Part shown: positions 1 through 9,826 of the stretch, one piece after another
Layout of the letters: every line of letters begins with the position of its first letter
Numbering within the stretch: position 1 is the stretch's first letter
Source: an uncultured Candidatus Saccharibacteria bacterium
GTDB lineage: Bacteria; Patescibacteriota; Saccharimonadia; CAILAD01; GCA-016700035
Assembly: GCA_964504625.1 (NCBI GenBank)
Contig: CAZDEK010000001.1
Span: 1 to 29,825, forward strand
Reading direction: 5' to 3'
Length of the DNA: 29,825 nucleotides
Made by a program: the position numbers and the translations under genes
Notes under the pieces: generated by a model
What the model was told of the DNA's origin: nothing
The model's input: the letters and a program-made list of their open reading frames with translations, nothing else
Database searches by the model: none

Positions 1-77
1 TATGAATTGGTACCTGTCGGCCCTGCTTAAGTAGGCACCATTCTCATCGAGAAAACATAAGTGGTATACTACTGGTA

Positions 78-1112
78 ATGCGTAGTAAGATTCAGAGTTG
101 CCTTCGGCATCGTCAAGCAATGTCGCTTGTAGAGCTGCTGATCGTGCTGGGTATATCGACCATGCTCATTGCTTCTTCGATGGCTTGGTTTAGTTCGCAG
201 AAAAACTCCGATTTTTATGACCAGATGCGACAGGTTGAATCGCAGATTCGTAAAATACAAAGCGATGCTGCAACTAATATCGTACCGGGATATGACGCAG
301 GTAGCGCGGCATGCAACACTTATCCTCGTGCTAACACCTGTGTCTTGCAGACCGATGAGCAGGTATTTGGAAGTGCGATTGCAGTCCAGAAAATTGCAGG
401 CAGCCTGAATGACACTATTAAGATCTACTACTTAAAGTCTACTGCACCTAATGCCACTACAAAGCGCTCTGAGTCAATCACACCTTTTGGTCCCGGCTCT
501 AATCCTGTAGCTATTACGCGCTATAGTGACTCAATCCGGTTACCGAATAATGTGAGATATTATGGTTACCGGGTATATCTACCAACGCCTCAAGTGGATG
601 GTAGCTATAAATGTCTTGTGAATACCACTGATACTACTTGGGATGCTGGCAAGGTGAGCTGGGATAATCTTGCTGCAAACAGCAGGTTCAGAGAGGTATC
701 CACATCATCGCCTACGGCTGCATTGAGCTATTCGGCAATGGTTTTGCGCAGGCAGCCCAATTCATACTACACATTCTGGGATTCTTCGTCTGCGGCGACA
801 ATTTATGATGTAAATAGCATCGACCCACCATTTAAGCAGCCGCTCACGCCACCCACTGTCGACCCACGCATGACGCCAGCCGATACCCTCACTTCAGTAG
901 CGAAGGGGAGTGTAAATGGCGGTTATTATGCGGAATATGATAAGAGCTACATTCCTCCTTCTGCCGCCACCCAGCAAGCGCCACTTAAATCGCAGCCCTG
1001 TGCAGTTGTTTGGCGATTTGGAACGGTTGATCAGATTGGCGGTAAGCCTCGACTCTCAGCTGAGCTTGTATTCGATATTCAGGGTGCTTCAATGAGGCTC
1101 AAGACGCGATGA
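78..1112 (+). CDS. Type IV pilin-like protein (prepilin N-terminal cleavage/methylation motif), FimU/GspH position in a minor-pilin cluster
   Basis: Basic leader, then A|MSLVELLIVLGI with Glu at +5 and a hydrophobic helix; large Cys-containing C-terminal domain; first of four coupled pilin-like ORFs. Confidence 0.8.
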   Translation: MRSKIQSCLRHRQAMSLVELLIVLGISTMLIASSMAWFSSQKNSDFYDQMRQVESQIRKIQSDAATNIVPGYDAGSAACNTYPRANTCVLQTDEQVFGSAIAVQKIAGSLNDTIKIYYLKSTAPNATTKRSESITPFGPGSNPVAITRYSDSIRLPNNVRYYGYRVYLPTPQVDGSYKCLVNTTDTTWDAGKVSWDNLAANSRFREVSTSSPTAALSYSAMVLRRQPNSYYTFWDSSSAATIYDVNSIDPPFKQPLTPPTVDPRMTPADTLTSVAKGSVNGGYYAEYDKSYIPPSAATQQAPLKSQPCAVVWRFGTVDQIGGKPRLSAELVFDIQGASMRLKTR

Positions 1113-1693
1113 GCCGTGATAAGACACAACGGACTGGCTTAACGCTCATAGAAATTATATTTTCTATAGCTATACTCGGAACGGTAATTACACTTGCGTA
1201 TGCATCAGCTCTAGCGGCATGGCGTAGCGCACAAGCAGCCAACCAGCGCACTCAGGCGCAATATCTTCTGCAGAAAGCTGTCGAACAGGTGAAAGGTTAT
1301 CGTGATTCCTCCTCATTTGTGTGGAGTAACTTCCTGGGGAACGCGAATATAAAAGATGGATTCTATGTAGATCTAGACACGACAACGGGGGCTTTTACGG
1401 TCGACTATAGCGTCAGTGATGCTGACCCTCCTTCCACGGCAAAGGTACTGCAGGCGGCTGGTCAAAAGATCGGTCAATCCGATCCAACACAGTACTATCT
1501 AGTTATTAAGCCGGTTGATGAATGGCGATACGACTCCGCCACAAATACTACTACGCAAGGAAGTTTTAGCGAACTTCAGCCGGATAATATTGCGGCATAT
1601 AGTGTGGTTGCTACTGTCACATATAAGGATGCAGCTACTGGCGTGATGGATAATGCCCAGGTCACTACTATTATTTCGAGGCGATCAGAATGA
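1109..1693 (+). CDS. Type IV minor pilin, PilV-like
   Basis: G|LTLIEIIFSIAILG prepilin motif; 'NQRTQAQYLLQKAVEQVK' helix typical of PilV/GspI-like proteins; ATGA overlap with the upstream gene. Confidence 0.85.
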   Translation: MSRDKTQRTGLTLIEIIFSIAILGTVITLAYASALAAWRSAQAANQRTQAQYLLQKAVEQVKGYRDSSSFVWSNFLGNANIKDGFYVDLDTTTGAFTVDYSVSDADPPSTAKVLQAAGQKIGQSDPTQYYLVIKPVDEWRYDSATNTTTQGSFSELQPDNIAAYSVVATVTYKDAATGVMDNAQVTTIISRRSE

Positions 1694-2382
1694 AAAGGCT
1701 TAAACCTCAGCCGAACGGCTATACGCTATTAGAACTTACGTTTGCAATTGGATTATTGACTTTTATCACAATGACCTCTGTCGCTGCCTTTGTGGGTATC
1801 CTTGGATTGTACAATAAGGCGCAAAGCCTCGTGCGTACGCAGCAGGAGACCCGCAATGCCATTGACCAGCTAACTCGAGATCTCCGCCAGACATACACTG
1901 TGATATATAGGGCCTCAAGTGTTGATTATCAAGCAGCTATGGGGGGCGCACCTCTTCGTGGGCCAATTAGTAATATGAAAGACTTTTTTTGCTTAACGAG
2001 CGAAGATACATCTTTTCAGGTTGGTTATGCTTTGTTATGGCGTCAGAGCACGGGTAATTTTCATCTCGTCCGCAGTGCATCCTGTCAAGATTTTACAAAT
2101 GTTGAGCAAACCGTGAGCCTTGATGTCTGGAGTGATAAAGGATCTGGCAATCCTGTACCGGTCGATGGAGGGGTAAGTGAAAGTAGCGCCGCTACCCCGG
2201 CTGCGTTGCCAATGGATCGTCGTCCGCTCGTGATATCGCAGATTACGAACACTGATCCAAAGGTCTGGTATGTCAGGGTCTCAACTTATAGAGGCGGTGG
2301 GCTACCAGGTACAACTACCTTTGATCTCGATCGGTTTGGAGCTCAGACAACATTGGAATCGGTCATCACAACAAGGCAGTAA
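1690..2382 (+). CDS. Type IV minor pilin, PilW/GspJ-like
   Basis: G|YTLLELTFAIGLL prepilin motif; 'QQETRNAIDQLTRDLRQ' is a PilW-type helix; ATGA overlap. Confidence 0.85.
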   Translation: MKRLKPQPNGYTLLELTFAIGLLTFITMTSVAAFVGILGLYNKAQSLVRTQQETRNAIDQLTRDLRQTYTVIYRASSVDYQAAMGGAPLRGPISNMKDFFCLTSEDTSFQVGYALLWRQSTGNFHLVRSASCQDFTNVEQTVSLDVWSDKGSGNPVPVDGGVSESSAATPAALPMDRRPLVISQITNTDPKVWYVRVSTYRGGGLPGTTTFDLDRFGAQTTLESVITTRQ

Positions 2383-2413
2383 CGGCTTGCAATGAAACAG
2401 GAAAAACAGTAGG

Positions 2414-3778
2414 ATGAAACTAGTTATGGTTAGGAAGGTGAGCAGCCTATTGCATAGGCGTCGACAGGGTTCGGCGGCCTTGCTGACTACAGTCGCGATT
2501 TCGGCAATTCTTGTCGTGCTCTTCGTAGGCATTACTACCATTGCTACTCGTGAGATTAGTCAATCTATTAGCTCCGATAATGCCAATCGAGCCTTGTATG
2601 GTGCAGAAGCTGGTGTCGAGGATGCTGTGAGGACACTCGCTAAGAATCCTGGCTACCGACAAAATACTTGCAACGAAGATCGAGATAACACTTCAAATAG
2701 TGGAAAAGAAGTAAAGGTCACTTCTGCGACAGGAGGGCCAGATGTCGCCTGGACCTGTAGAACCGTTACGACTGTTACCGCTGAGCTGACAGGCCGTCTC
2801 CAGAAAGATGAATCACTACAACTTAACTTAGCCTTAGGGCGCTCTGGGACAGCCGATACGGATCCCTTCGTGCGCGCCAATTATATGACCATCGAATGGA
2901 ATGACCCCAAGGTGGACGCATCTCAGGCATGGCAGTCAGCTGCTACTAGCTTTCTACCGCCATATACCGGCTCGACTCCAAGCACCTGGAACTCAAGGGC
3001 AGCAGCCATGGAGATCTCTTCAACCTGGATGGAAGCGGCGAATGCTGGGCCCGGCAAAAGTAAAATTACTAATGCTTGGCTAAACAGAAGCCTTGGAGTT
3101 TTCCCGGTTCGCACAGTTCTCGCTTCACCGAACTGTATTGGGGCGACTGCCGACTCTTGTAATTACAGTGATTTTTCGCCTTGGAATCAATTGGGCTTTC
3201 CGGCTGCACCATTAGAAAGCATCGGTGGCGTGGACTTGAGTAGTGGGGTTACTTCAAAATGCAATGTTAACCCTTCTGCAGAGTATAATTGCGTTCTCCC
3301 ATATAATTACACTGGTGGCATTCCAACGACCTCAAATGCTTATCCTCTCGCCAAGTTAACAAAAACGGTGATTAACAACGGCAATACGACGGTGGTGCTT
3401 GATGACTCAGCGGTTTATGACGCTACTAACATGGTGCTGCGCATTAAGCCTCGTTATAATGCTGCTAGCTATCGTATCCGCTTCTTTCGCTGGGATGGTT
3501 CGAGCATGACACCTGTCTACTTGCCTGATGGTTATGCGACGATTGATGTGACTGCTCGATCCGGTAATTACTTCCGTCGCGTAGTAGCCAAGAAGCAGAT
3601 CACACCTGGTGCTTATGATGGTGTCTTTGATAATGCTATGTTCTCTGGTAAGAACATCTGTAAGACGATGTCGGTCTATCGTGACTTCAGGGGTGCTCCA
3701 GATTATGTGCAGAGCGGATCCTCTCGAGTCCAGAATCCATCTGCTGGCCGCAACAATGGCTGCGATGTGGATGATTAA
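2414..3778 (+). CDS. PilX/GspK-like minor pilin with a large Cys-rich C-terminal domain
   Basis: RRQG|SAALLTTVAIS lacks Glu5, as in PilX/GspK; 'RALYGAEAGVEDA' PilX N-terminal signature. Confidence 0.8.
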   Translation: MKLVMVRKVSSLLHRRRQGSAALLTTVAISAILVVLFVGITTIATREISQSISSDNANRALYGAEAGVEDAVRTLAKNPGYRQNTCNEDRDNTSNSGKEVKVTSATGGPDVAWTCRTVTTVTAELTGRLQKDESLQLNLALGRSGTADTDPFVRANYMTIEWNDPKVDASQAWQSAATSFLPPYTGSTPSTWNSRAAAMEISSTWMEAANAGPGKSKITNAWLNRSLGVFPVRTVLASPNCIGATADSCNYSDFSPWNQLGFPAAPLESIGGVDLSSGVTSKCNVNPSAEYNCVLPYNYTGGIPTTSNAYPLAKLTKTVINNGNTTVVLDDSAVYDATNMVLRIKPRYNAASYRIRFFRWDGSSMTPVYLPDGYATIDVTARSGNYFRRVVAKKQITPGAYDGVFDNAMFSGKNICKTMSVYRDFRGAPDYVQSGSSRVQNPSAGRNNGCDVDD

Positions 3779-3792
3779 GAAATACCTTTAAT

Positions 3793-3828
3793 AATCAATA
3801 AGCGCCCCGTGAGGGGCGCTTATTGATT
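3793..3828. terminator. Bidirectional intrinsic terminator between the pilin operon and the convergent xer gene
   Basis: Perfect 16-bp inverted repeat AATCAATAAGCGCCCC-gtga-GGGGCGCTTATTGATT overlapping the xer stop codon. Confidence 0.85.
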
Positions 3829-4731
3829 GCCAGAGTGAAATTTTTTATGAACTTCGCGTAGCTTAGGACTGGTGAGGTGGGTGTAGACCTGGGTGGTGGC
3901 GACATTGGCATGCCCGAGCATCTCTTGGACGCTGCGCAAATCGGCGCCATGGCTCAACAGATCAGTTGCGAAGGAGTGTCGTAGGGTATGAGGCGTAACA
4001 TGCTTGGTGATACCTGCCTTGATGCGTGCCTTTTCGATAATGCGCTGCACGCTGCGAGTAGTGAGACGGCCGGCCTCAGCGTCTCTATCGCCGGCTTTTG
4101 CACCTGCCACATGTATAAAGAGGGGGTCAGCCTTGTCGGTACGCAGGGCTAAATAGCGATTAATGGCAGATGCAGCGGCTTCACTGAGGAAAACTGGCCG
4201 ATCCTTCTGGCCTTTACCGCGGATGGTAAATTCACCACGGCTTGTGTTGATGTCTTCTCGGTTGAGCCCTACGAGCTCGGACACCCGTAAGCCTGATGAG
4301 AAGAGCATCAGGATGATGGCGCGATCACGTTGACCGGCCAGGGTATCGTCTGAGGCAGCTTCGACGAGTCGAGCTACTTCCTCGGCTTCGAGGAAGGCTA
4401 CTTGTGGGCGCTTTGTGGAGGCTAGCTCGATTCGCTCTGGTGGTAATGATTCGATGTTGCGGCGCGCCAGATACTTGAGAAATGATCGCATTGCGATCAG
4501 ATGGTAGTTGATAGTCGTGAGGCTGACAGTCCGACCATCGTCAGTCGTCAAGCGATTGAGCCACTTGCGCCAGCCAGCGATGGTTTTATCCGTAATTTTG
4601 CCAACCTGTATATCTCCCGCATACTCATAGAAACGATTAAGGTAATGGCTATAGTTTTCGATTGTTTTCAGGCTGCGGCCGCGCTCTAATTCGAGTGAAT
4701 CAAGAAACTCAGCTAGGTAATCACTAAACAT
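3820..4731 (-). CDS. xerC: XerC/XerD-family chromosomal tyrosine recombinase
   Basis: Catalytic residues present: GLRVSEL (R), GKGQK (K), HTLRHSFAT (H-x-x-R), LGHANVATTQVY (H, Y); SAM-like N-domain. Start moved to MFSDYL (4731) because the longer ORF overlaps the next gene and a TATGCT -10 lies 6 nt upstream. XerC versus XerD is not resolvable by eye. Confidence 0.9.
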   Translation of the reverse strand: MFSDYLAEFLDSLELERGRSLKTIENYSHYLNRFYEYAGDIQVGKITDKTIAGWRKWLNRLTTDDGRTVSLTTINYHLIAMRSFLKYLARRNIESLPPERIELASTKRPQVAFLEAEEVARLVEAASDDTLAGQRDRAIILMLFSSGLRVSELVGLNREDINTSRGEFTIRGKGQKDRPVFLSEAAASAINRYLALRTDKADPLFIHVAGAKAGDRDAEAGRLTTRSVQRIIEKARIKAGITKHVTPHTLRHSFATDLLSHGADLRSVQEMLGHANVATTQVYTHLTSPKLREVHKKFHSGNQ

Positions 4732-4813
4732 ACTTTCAGCATAGGCTGTTTTCCGGGTATCGCCAAGCGCTTGAGCTTGGTTTTCAGAATACGGGGCTGG
4801 TAGAATGGGGTCG

Positions 4814-6760
4814 ATGCAAACCAAGCCACAGAGCAGTCGCATTGTCTTGGCTCGCCATCTCGCATGGCCTGTAATACTTCTTGCTTTACTTACGATTCCT
4901 TGGCTAGCTGGCGGAAGGGGCTCCTATGCATTGCTCATCAATTTATTGCTGACTTTCCTCTTGGTGAGTGGATGGTATTTATCCTCTCGGAAACATCCTG
5001 CCTATATTTCATTTAGGCCGTACCTAGTTGTCATCCCACTAGCATCCTTGTTACTGCTAACAGGGGTAAGTACCATCTGGTCGGTGAGCCGCTATGCAAC
5101 TCTTGGAGCTTTCTCTATTGCGCTTGCTTGTTTGGCGGTTTTTGCGGTGTCGCGCGACCTCTTTAAAGAAGCGGAAGTCCGTGAAATCTTTTTGCGCATT
5201 TTTATCTTAATAGGATTTCTAGTAGCTATTATTGGGCTAGGTATGTTCGTATTGGGCGATTATGAACGGGCTACATCTTTGTTTTACTGGCCAAATCCAT
5301 TTGCTACCTATTTACTCGCCCTGTTAGCTATCTCATTCCAGAATCCTCCATTAGAGAAATGGCGGATTTCATGGGTTTCAGCTTGGTGGTATGTGCGGAA
5401 TATAATCTTTGCGGTTAGCCTCTATCTGACATTCTCTCGAGCAGCGTGGCTGATCCTACTCTTGATTATTGGGTTACTCATCTGGCGAGCAAACCAAAGA
5501 TGGCGGTTTGTAAGGCAACTGTTTATTATATTGCTTATAGCCGCCCTAATAGGAGTGGGACTCAATGCGGTTCGTGTAAAGCGTAATAAGGTAAGCGTCC
5601 AGGTCACTTCACGGATCACCGAGTCGGCACAGTCGACAAGTGTTAAGGATCGTTTCAGCTTCTGGAGAGAGGGTGTCATGATGTTTGCCGCTCGACCTAC
5701 TGGCTGGGGAAGCGGTACCTTTGCTCAGACGCATACAGCATTTCAAGAGAAGGCAACAACAGCGACAAATAATCCACATAATAGCCTGGTACAAACCTTT
5801 GCAGAGCTGGGAATGTTAGGTGCCGCACTCTATCTCATTATGCTGTACGGCATTCTAAAGACTTTCTATGCGGGGGTTCAATCAAGTAAGTTACCGGTAA
5901 GCCAGTTCGGTTCCATGCTTGCTGTGCTCGCAATTGGCCTACATAGCTTATTTGACTTGATTTCGAATTATCCAGTCCTTTTGTTCTTGTTGATGATATT
6001 TTTAGCTATGGCACTTGGGGATATTAGGGACAATATGCGAACTCCTACGAGTCGCATACACATGATATGGTTCGTTTTTCCATTGTTGCTGATACTGGCC
6101 ATTTTTATAGCACGAACATATGCGGTTACTCAGAATGAAGTCAGGCAGGATATGATCAATGCTATTTCAAGCTTAGATCGCGAGGAAGCTACTCGCTTAT
6201 ACCATAGCTTGATAGAAAGACCAGCTTTGGATCCGGTGGTTCTTTCAACAAGTGCGATTTATGACACTGACACTTATGACATGACGAAGATTAAGAATCC
6301 GGGTACATTGCAGTCAGCCTTGCGCTCGGCGCAACGGGCAGTTCAGCAAGAGCCATATAATGCAGTGCACTACTATGCGCTTGCAAATGTACAGCAGCGA
6401 CTCGGTAAAGATACAGAGGCTTTGAAGAATTATCAGAAAGCAGTCGAGCTAGATCCGCATAATAATCCACAGTATCAAGTCAGTCTAGCACTTCTCTTGC
6501 AGCAACAAGGCTTCACGCGACAAGCCTTGAGTGTCTTAAGGCCAGTTGCTAACGAATACACTGAAGCGGTATTACTGAACCGGAGTTTTGCAAGCAATAT
6601 CCGAGCGCGTATCGCCATTGTCTACACGTTACTAGCCCGACTCGAAAATGAGTCGAAAAATGCTGACCAGGCTAGAAGAGATATTGAACGTGCACTCGAG
6701 CTCAATCCGCGCTATGTGCCAGCCCAGGATCTCCAAAAGCAATTACAGACGAATCAATAA
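4814..6760 (+). CDS. O-antigen ligase (Wzy_C)-like membrane protein with C-terminal TPR repeats; candidate protein O-oligosaccharyltransferase
   Basis: Many TM helices; 'TFSRAAW', 'R..FW', 'GWGSGTF', 'PHNSLVQTFAELG' Wzy_C motifs; TPR-like repeats ('ALKNYQKAVELDPHN', 'IERALELNPRY'). Start 4814 preferred because TGgTAGAAT lies 7 nt upstream. Confidence 0.85.
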   Translation: MQTKPQSSRIVLARHLAWPVILLALLTIPWLAGGRGSYALLINLLLTFLLVSGWYLSSRKHPAYISFRPYLVVIPLASLLLLTGVSTIWSVSRYATLGAFSIALACLAVFAVSRDLFKEAEVREIFLRIFILIGFLVAIIGLGMFVLGDYERATSLFYWPNPFATYLLALLAISFQNPPLEKWRISWVSAWWYVRNIIFAVSLYLTFSRAAWLILLLIIGLLIWRANQRWRFVRQLFIILLIAALIGVGLNAVRVKRNKVSVQVTSRITESAQSTSVKDRFSFWREGVMMFAARPTGWGSGTFAQTHTAFQEKATTATNNPHNSLVQTFAELGMLGAALYLIMLYGILKTFYAGVQSSKLPVSQFGSMLAVLAIGLHSLFDLISNYPVLLFLLMIFLAMALGDIRDNMRTPTSRIHMIWFVFPLLLILAIFIARTYAVTQNEVRQDMINAISSLDREEATRLYHSLIERPALDPVVLSTSAIYDTDTYDMTKIKNPGTLQSALRSAQRAVQQEPYNAVHYYALANVQQRLGKDTEALKNYQKAVELDPHNNPQYQVSLALLLQQQGFTRQALSVLRPVANEYTEAVLLNRSFASNIRARIAIVYTLLARLENESKNADQARRDIERALELNPRYVPAQDLQKQLQTNQ

Positions 6761-6806
6761 ACACCTGTCACGCTGACTGCTCAAGCTGGTACAATAGGGA
6801 AATCGT

Positions 6807-7433
6807 ATGAATCTGTCGGCTCGTTTTCTTGAATTTGCCATAGCGCTTGTAGACCGCATTGGGTATCTAGGCGTCAGCCTAATATTGATTGTGGATAATG
6901 CTGGTGTACCCATCCCTTCGGAGGCGGTACTAGCGCTCTCCGGAGCGGCAGCCAAGTCCGGCACGATGAACATTGGTGTGGCTCTACTGATAGGGGTTGT
7001 GGCTCAAAGCTTGGGTTCATGCTTGGCCTATGTGATTGGACGGGCAGGCGGCGTGCCATTGGTCAAAAAATACGGTAAATATTTGCTGATTTCTGCACAT
7101 GACTATGAGAAGACGCATCGGTGGTTTGAGAAAAATGGTGCTAAGGCTGTGTTCATTTCCCGCCTCACGCCGGTGGTCCGAACATTTATGGGCTTTGTGG
7201 CTGGAGCTGCAGAGATGTCATTTCCCAGCTTTGCCGTGCAGACAGTGCTTGGCTCGGCAGTGTGGACACTTTTTTGGGTGAGTTTCGGGTATATCGTTGG
7301 TGATACTTGGCGACAGTATTATGCTGTGCTGCATTATCTGGATTATATAGTGATAGTGGCGGTGATGTACTTCATCTATCGCTTTGTAAGCCGCAAGCTG
7401 GCGCGTCGTCGTGCTGAGAAGGAAGTGTCATGA
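6807..7433 (+). CDS. dedA: DedA/VTT family membrane protein
   Basis: 'DNAGVPIPSEAVL', 'AYVIGRAGG', 'FISRLTPVVRTFMGFVAG' DedA motifs. Confidence 0.92.
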   Translation: MNLSARFLEFAIALVDRIGYLGVSLILIVDNAGVPIPSEAVLALSGAAAKSGTMNIGVALLIGVVAQSLGSCLAYVIGRAGGVPLVKKYGKYLLISAHDYEKTHRWFEKNGAKAVFISRLTPVVRTFMGFVAGAAEMSFPSFAVQTVLGSAVWTLFWVSFGYIVGDTWRQYYAVLHYLDYIVIVAVMYFIYRFVSRKLARRRAEKEVS

Positions 7434-8716
7434 CAAATCCGGATCATATCGCTGAGCTTGAGAGTGGGTTAACCCTTATTCATCGCCACATGCCCGATGC
7501 TGATAGTGTGACGGTGCAGGTTTCATTTGGTGCAGGTGGACGCTATGAAGATCTTCAGACTGAATATGGCGTGTCACATTTCCTCGAACATCTGCTCTTT
7601 CAGGGTAGTGACAAGTATCCGACGGCAAAGCTGATGTCAGAGACTATCGATGGGGTAGGTGGCTACATGAATGCCTACACAACTGAGGAGATGACAAGCT
7701 ACTACATTAAGGTGCCTCAACAGCATTTCGAGCTAGCACTTGATGTGCTGTCAGATATGACTATGCACCCAGTCTTCGCGGAGGCCGAGATAGATCGTGA
7801 GCGCAAAGTCATCATTGAAGAAATGAATGTTTACCGAGATGACCCAGGTCAGCATGTATTTGACCTAGTGGGTGACTTACTGTGGCCTGAAGATGCACTG
7901 CGTACAAATGTATTAGGTACTGAAGATATCATTCGCCATATCCCACGTTCTGTCATTCAGGGCTACCATCACGCCTTGTATGCACTTGATAATGCTGTTT
8001 TGGCGATCGCCGGCAATGTAGGCTTGCCCAGAGTACTCGATGCGCTTGAGACATATTTTACGACCGGCCCCCACCATGTCGCCCGCGCCGTGGTACCGAC
8101 CAGAGGACCCGTGGCTCGTAAGCGGAGTAATGTCTTTCATAAGGAGGTGAGTCAGTCGCACCTAGTACTAGCTGGTCGTGGCGTGCCATTACGTCACCCT
8201 GATGAGCCAGCCTTGCGTGTACTGTCGACTCTTCTTGGTGGAGGTGCGAGCTCACGGCTGTTTCTTTCAGTGCGCGAGGAGCTAGGGTTAGCCTACCGCG
8301 TCTTTATGAGTGCGACTGGTTACACTGACGCTGGTAAGTGGGAGGTCTATGCTGGAGTCAGTAATGATCGAGTAGAGGAGGCTATTGAGGCAATCCACCG
8401 AGAGTTGCAATCAGTGAGAGCCCATGCAATTCGTGCCGACGAGCTTGAGCGGGTTAGGCAGCAGCTCAAGGGGCGTATCATCATGAGTCAGGAGACTAAT
8501 GGCGCCGTTGCCGATCGGCTATCGAGTGAATATTTGCTGACTGGTACCATACGGCCACTTGGCAAAGTGCTGGCTGATATCGAGACCGTGACTGAAGATG
8601 ATGTACTCTCGGTCGCTCAGCGCTACCTCGATCCCAGTGGCATGCGGCTCGCCATGATCGCGCCAGTCGATGATCGCCGGCTTGCACATATCGAACAGAT
8701 TATTTATACAAACTAA
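7430..8716 (+). CDS. M16 family zinc peptidase (pitrilysin/insulinase-like)
   Basis: Inverted zinc motif HFLEH, 'NAYT..E.T.YY', 'ERKVIIEE', 'SSRLF..VREELGLAY'. Confidence 0.93.
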   Translation: MTNPDHIAELESGLTLIHRHMPDADSVTVQVSFGAGGRYEDLQTEYGVSHFLEHLLFQGSDKYPTAKLMSETIDGVGGYMNAYTTEEMTSYYIKVPQQHFELALDVLSDMTMHPVFAEAEIDRERKVIIEEMNVYRDDPGQHVFDLVGDLLWPEDALRTNVLGTEDIIRHIPRSVIQGYHHALYALDNAVLAIAGNVGLPRVLDALETYFTTGPHHVARAVVPTRGPVARKRSNVFHKEVSQSHLVLAGRGVPLRHPDEPALRVLSTLLGGGASSRLFLSVREELGLAYRVFMSATGYTDAGKWEVYAGVSNDRVEEAIEAIHRELQSVRAHAIRADELERVRQQLKGRIIMSQETNGAVADRLSSEYLLTGTIRPLGKVLADIETVTEDDVLSVAQRYLDPSGMRLAMIAPVDDRRLAHIEQIIYTN

Positions 8717-8728
8717 ATGGAGAATAAC

Positions 8729-9178
8729 ATGGAAAAGTGCCTGATTCTGGTTAAGCCTGATGGATTACAGCGTGGATTAGTCGGAGAAATTATTTCGCGA
8801 TTTGAGCATAAAGGCTTGAAGATTGTTGGTCTGAAAATGACCAATGTTGAGGATGCGTTACTCGAGCAGCATTACGCGCACCTTGTAGATAAGCCATTTT
8901 TCGCAGAAATAAAGCAATTTATGAAAAGTGCTCCACTCGTAGCAGTGGCGCTGTCCGGTCCCGAGGGTAGCGTGGCGGCGATACGCACCCTGGTTGGGCC
9001 AACGAAGGGTCAAGAAGCGCCAGCTGGCACCATACGGGGAGATTTTGGCCTATCTGGATCAATCAATATCGTCCACGCTTCTGATTCGCCGGAGAATGGA
9101 GGGCTAGAAGTCGGTCGCTTTTTCCATCGCGATGAACTGTTTAGCTATGACCGCACGCTTGACCAGCATTGTTACTAG
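8729..9178 (+). CDS. ndk: Nucleoside diphosphate kinase
   Basis: 'LILVKPDG', 'GTIRGDFG', 'NIVHASDS' with the catalytic His; GGAG SD 6 nt before ATG 8729 (alternative start 8717). Confidence 0.96.
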   Translation: MEKCLILVKPDGLQRGLVGEIISRFEHKGLKIVGLKMTNVEDALLEQHYAHLVDKPFFAEIKQFMKSAPLVAVALSGPEGSVAAIRTLVGPTKGQEAPAGTIRGDFGLSGSINIVHASDSPENGGLEVGRFFHRDELFSYDRTLDQHCY

Positions 9179-9230
9179 CCAGTGATGTGCTGGCTAGCTA
9201 GGGCTGACGTTAACTCATCATTATTGTAGT

Positions 9231-9306
9231 TGGTACCCCCGGAGAGAATCGAACTCCCGACGCCCTCCTTAGGACGGAGGCGCTCTATCCACTGAGCTAC
9301 GGGGGC
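9231..9306 (-). tRNA. tRNA-Arg(CCT)
   Basis: Cloverleaf on the minus strand: GCCCCCG/CGGGGGT acceptor, anticodon arm CCTCC-GT CCT AA-GGAGG, TTCGA T-loop, encoded CCA; TGgTATAAT promoter upstream. Confidence 0.95.
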
Positions 9307-9433
9307 AGAGTGTCTCTATTATACCAAGCTCCTGTGCAGCCAAAAGCGCAAGCACCTTGCTTGTTATCAGATGAGAAGCGTATAATACCGGCTGTTCTCA
9401 ATGTACCTTCTCTTCTGAAAGAGGTGATGCCGT

Positions 9434-9814
9434 GTGGCTACGCGCGACACCATCATCAACATCGTCGACCGCAAGACTGGTCATACAGCCCGTATCCGTG
9501 TACCGAGTGCTACGCTCGAACGTGCACTCAGCGAGGACTACGACCCACGCACTGCGTTGCCGAGCCCTGCAGTGCGTGGTGCTCGAGATCACATCTGTAT
9601 TCAGGCGAAGGAAGCGCTTGCTAAGAAGGGCCGATTGCAGCGCTACGTTGCCTGGGCAGACATCGTCGACTCGGTTCTTGTGTCTGACCGTATTACCCCG
9701 CGTGGCATGAAGCCGACTTCGGCGCCTGCTGCAGCGGGCGCAGAAGTTACCGATGAGCCCAAGCAGGGTTTTGGCCAGATGCGGCTATTCGATGCAGCTC
9801 AAGCCCTCTTCTGA
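9434..9814 (+). CDS. Hypothetical protein with a C-terminal beta-clamp-type motif (QMRLF)
   Basis: GTG start with GAGGTGA SD; own promoter (TTGCTT-18-TATAAT, 9357-9386); downstream hairpin. Confidence 0.75.
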   Translation: MATRDTIINIVDRKTGHTARIRVPSATLERALSEDYDPRTALPSPAVRGARDHICIQAKEALAKKGRLQRYVAWADIVDSVLVSDRITPRGMKPTSAPAAAGAEVTDEPKQGFGQMRLFDAAQALF

Positions 9815-9826
9815 AGCTTGAGCCAC

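Noticed and set aside
1..30. 3' end of an upstream CDS (YELVPVGPA*)
   Set aside because: Too short to support or assign
3820..4731. Integrase of a prophage or genomic island
   Set aside because: Size and motifs fit a housekeeping XerC/D; no att repeats or phage genes adjacent
9310..9710. Alternative ORFs 9310-9624 and 9432-9710
   Set aside because: Shadow frames of 9434-9814, which has the correctly spaced SD and protein-like composition
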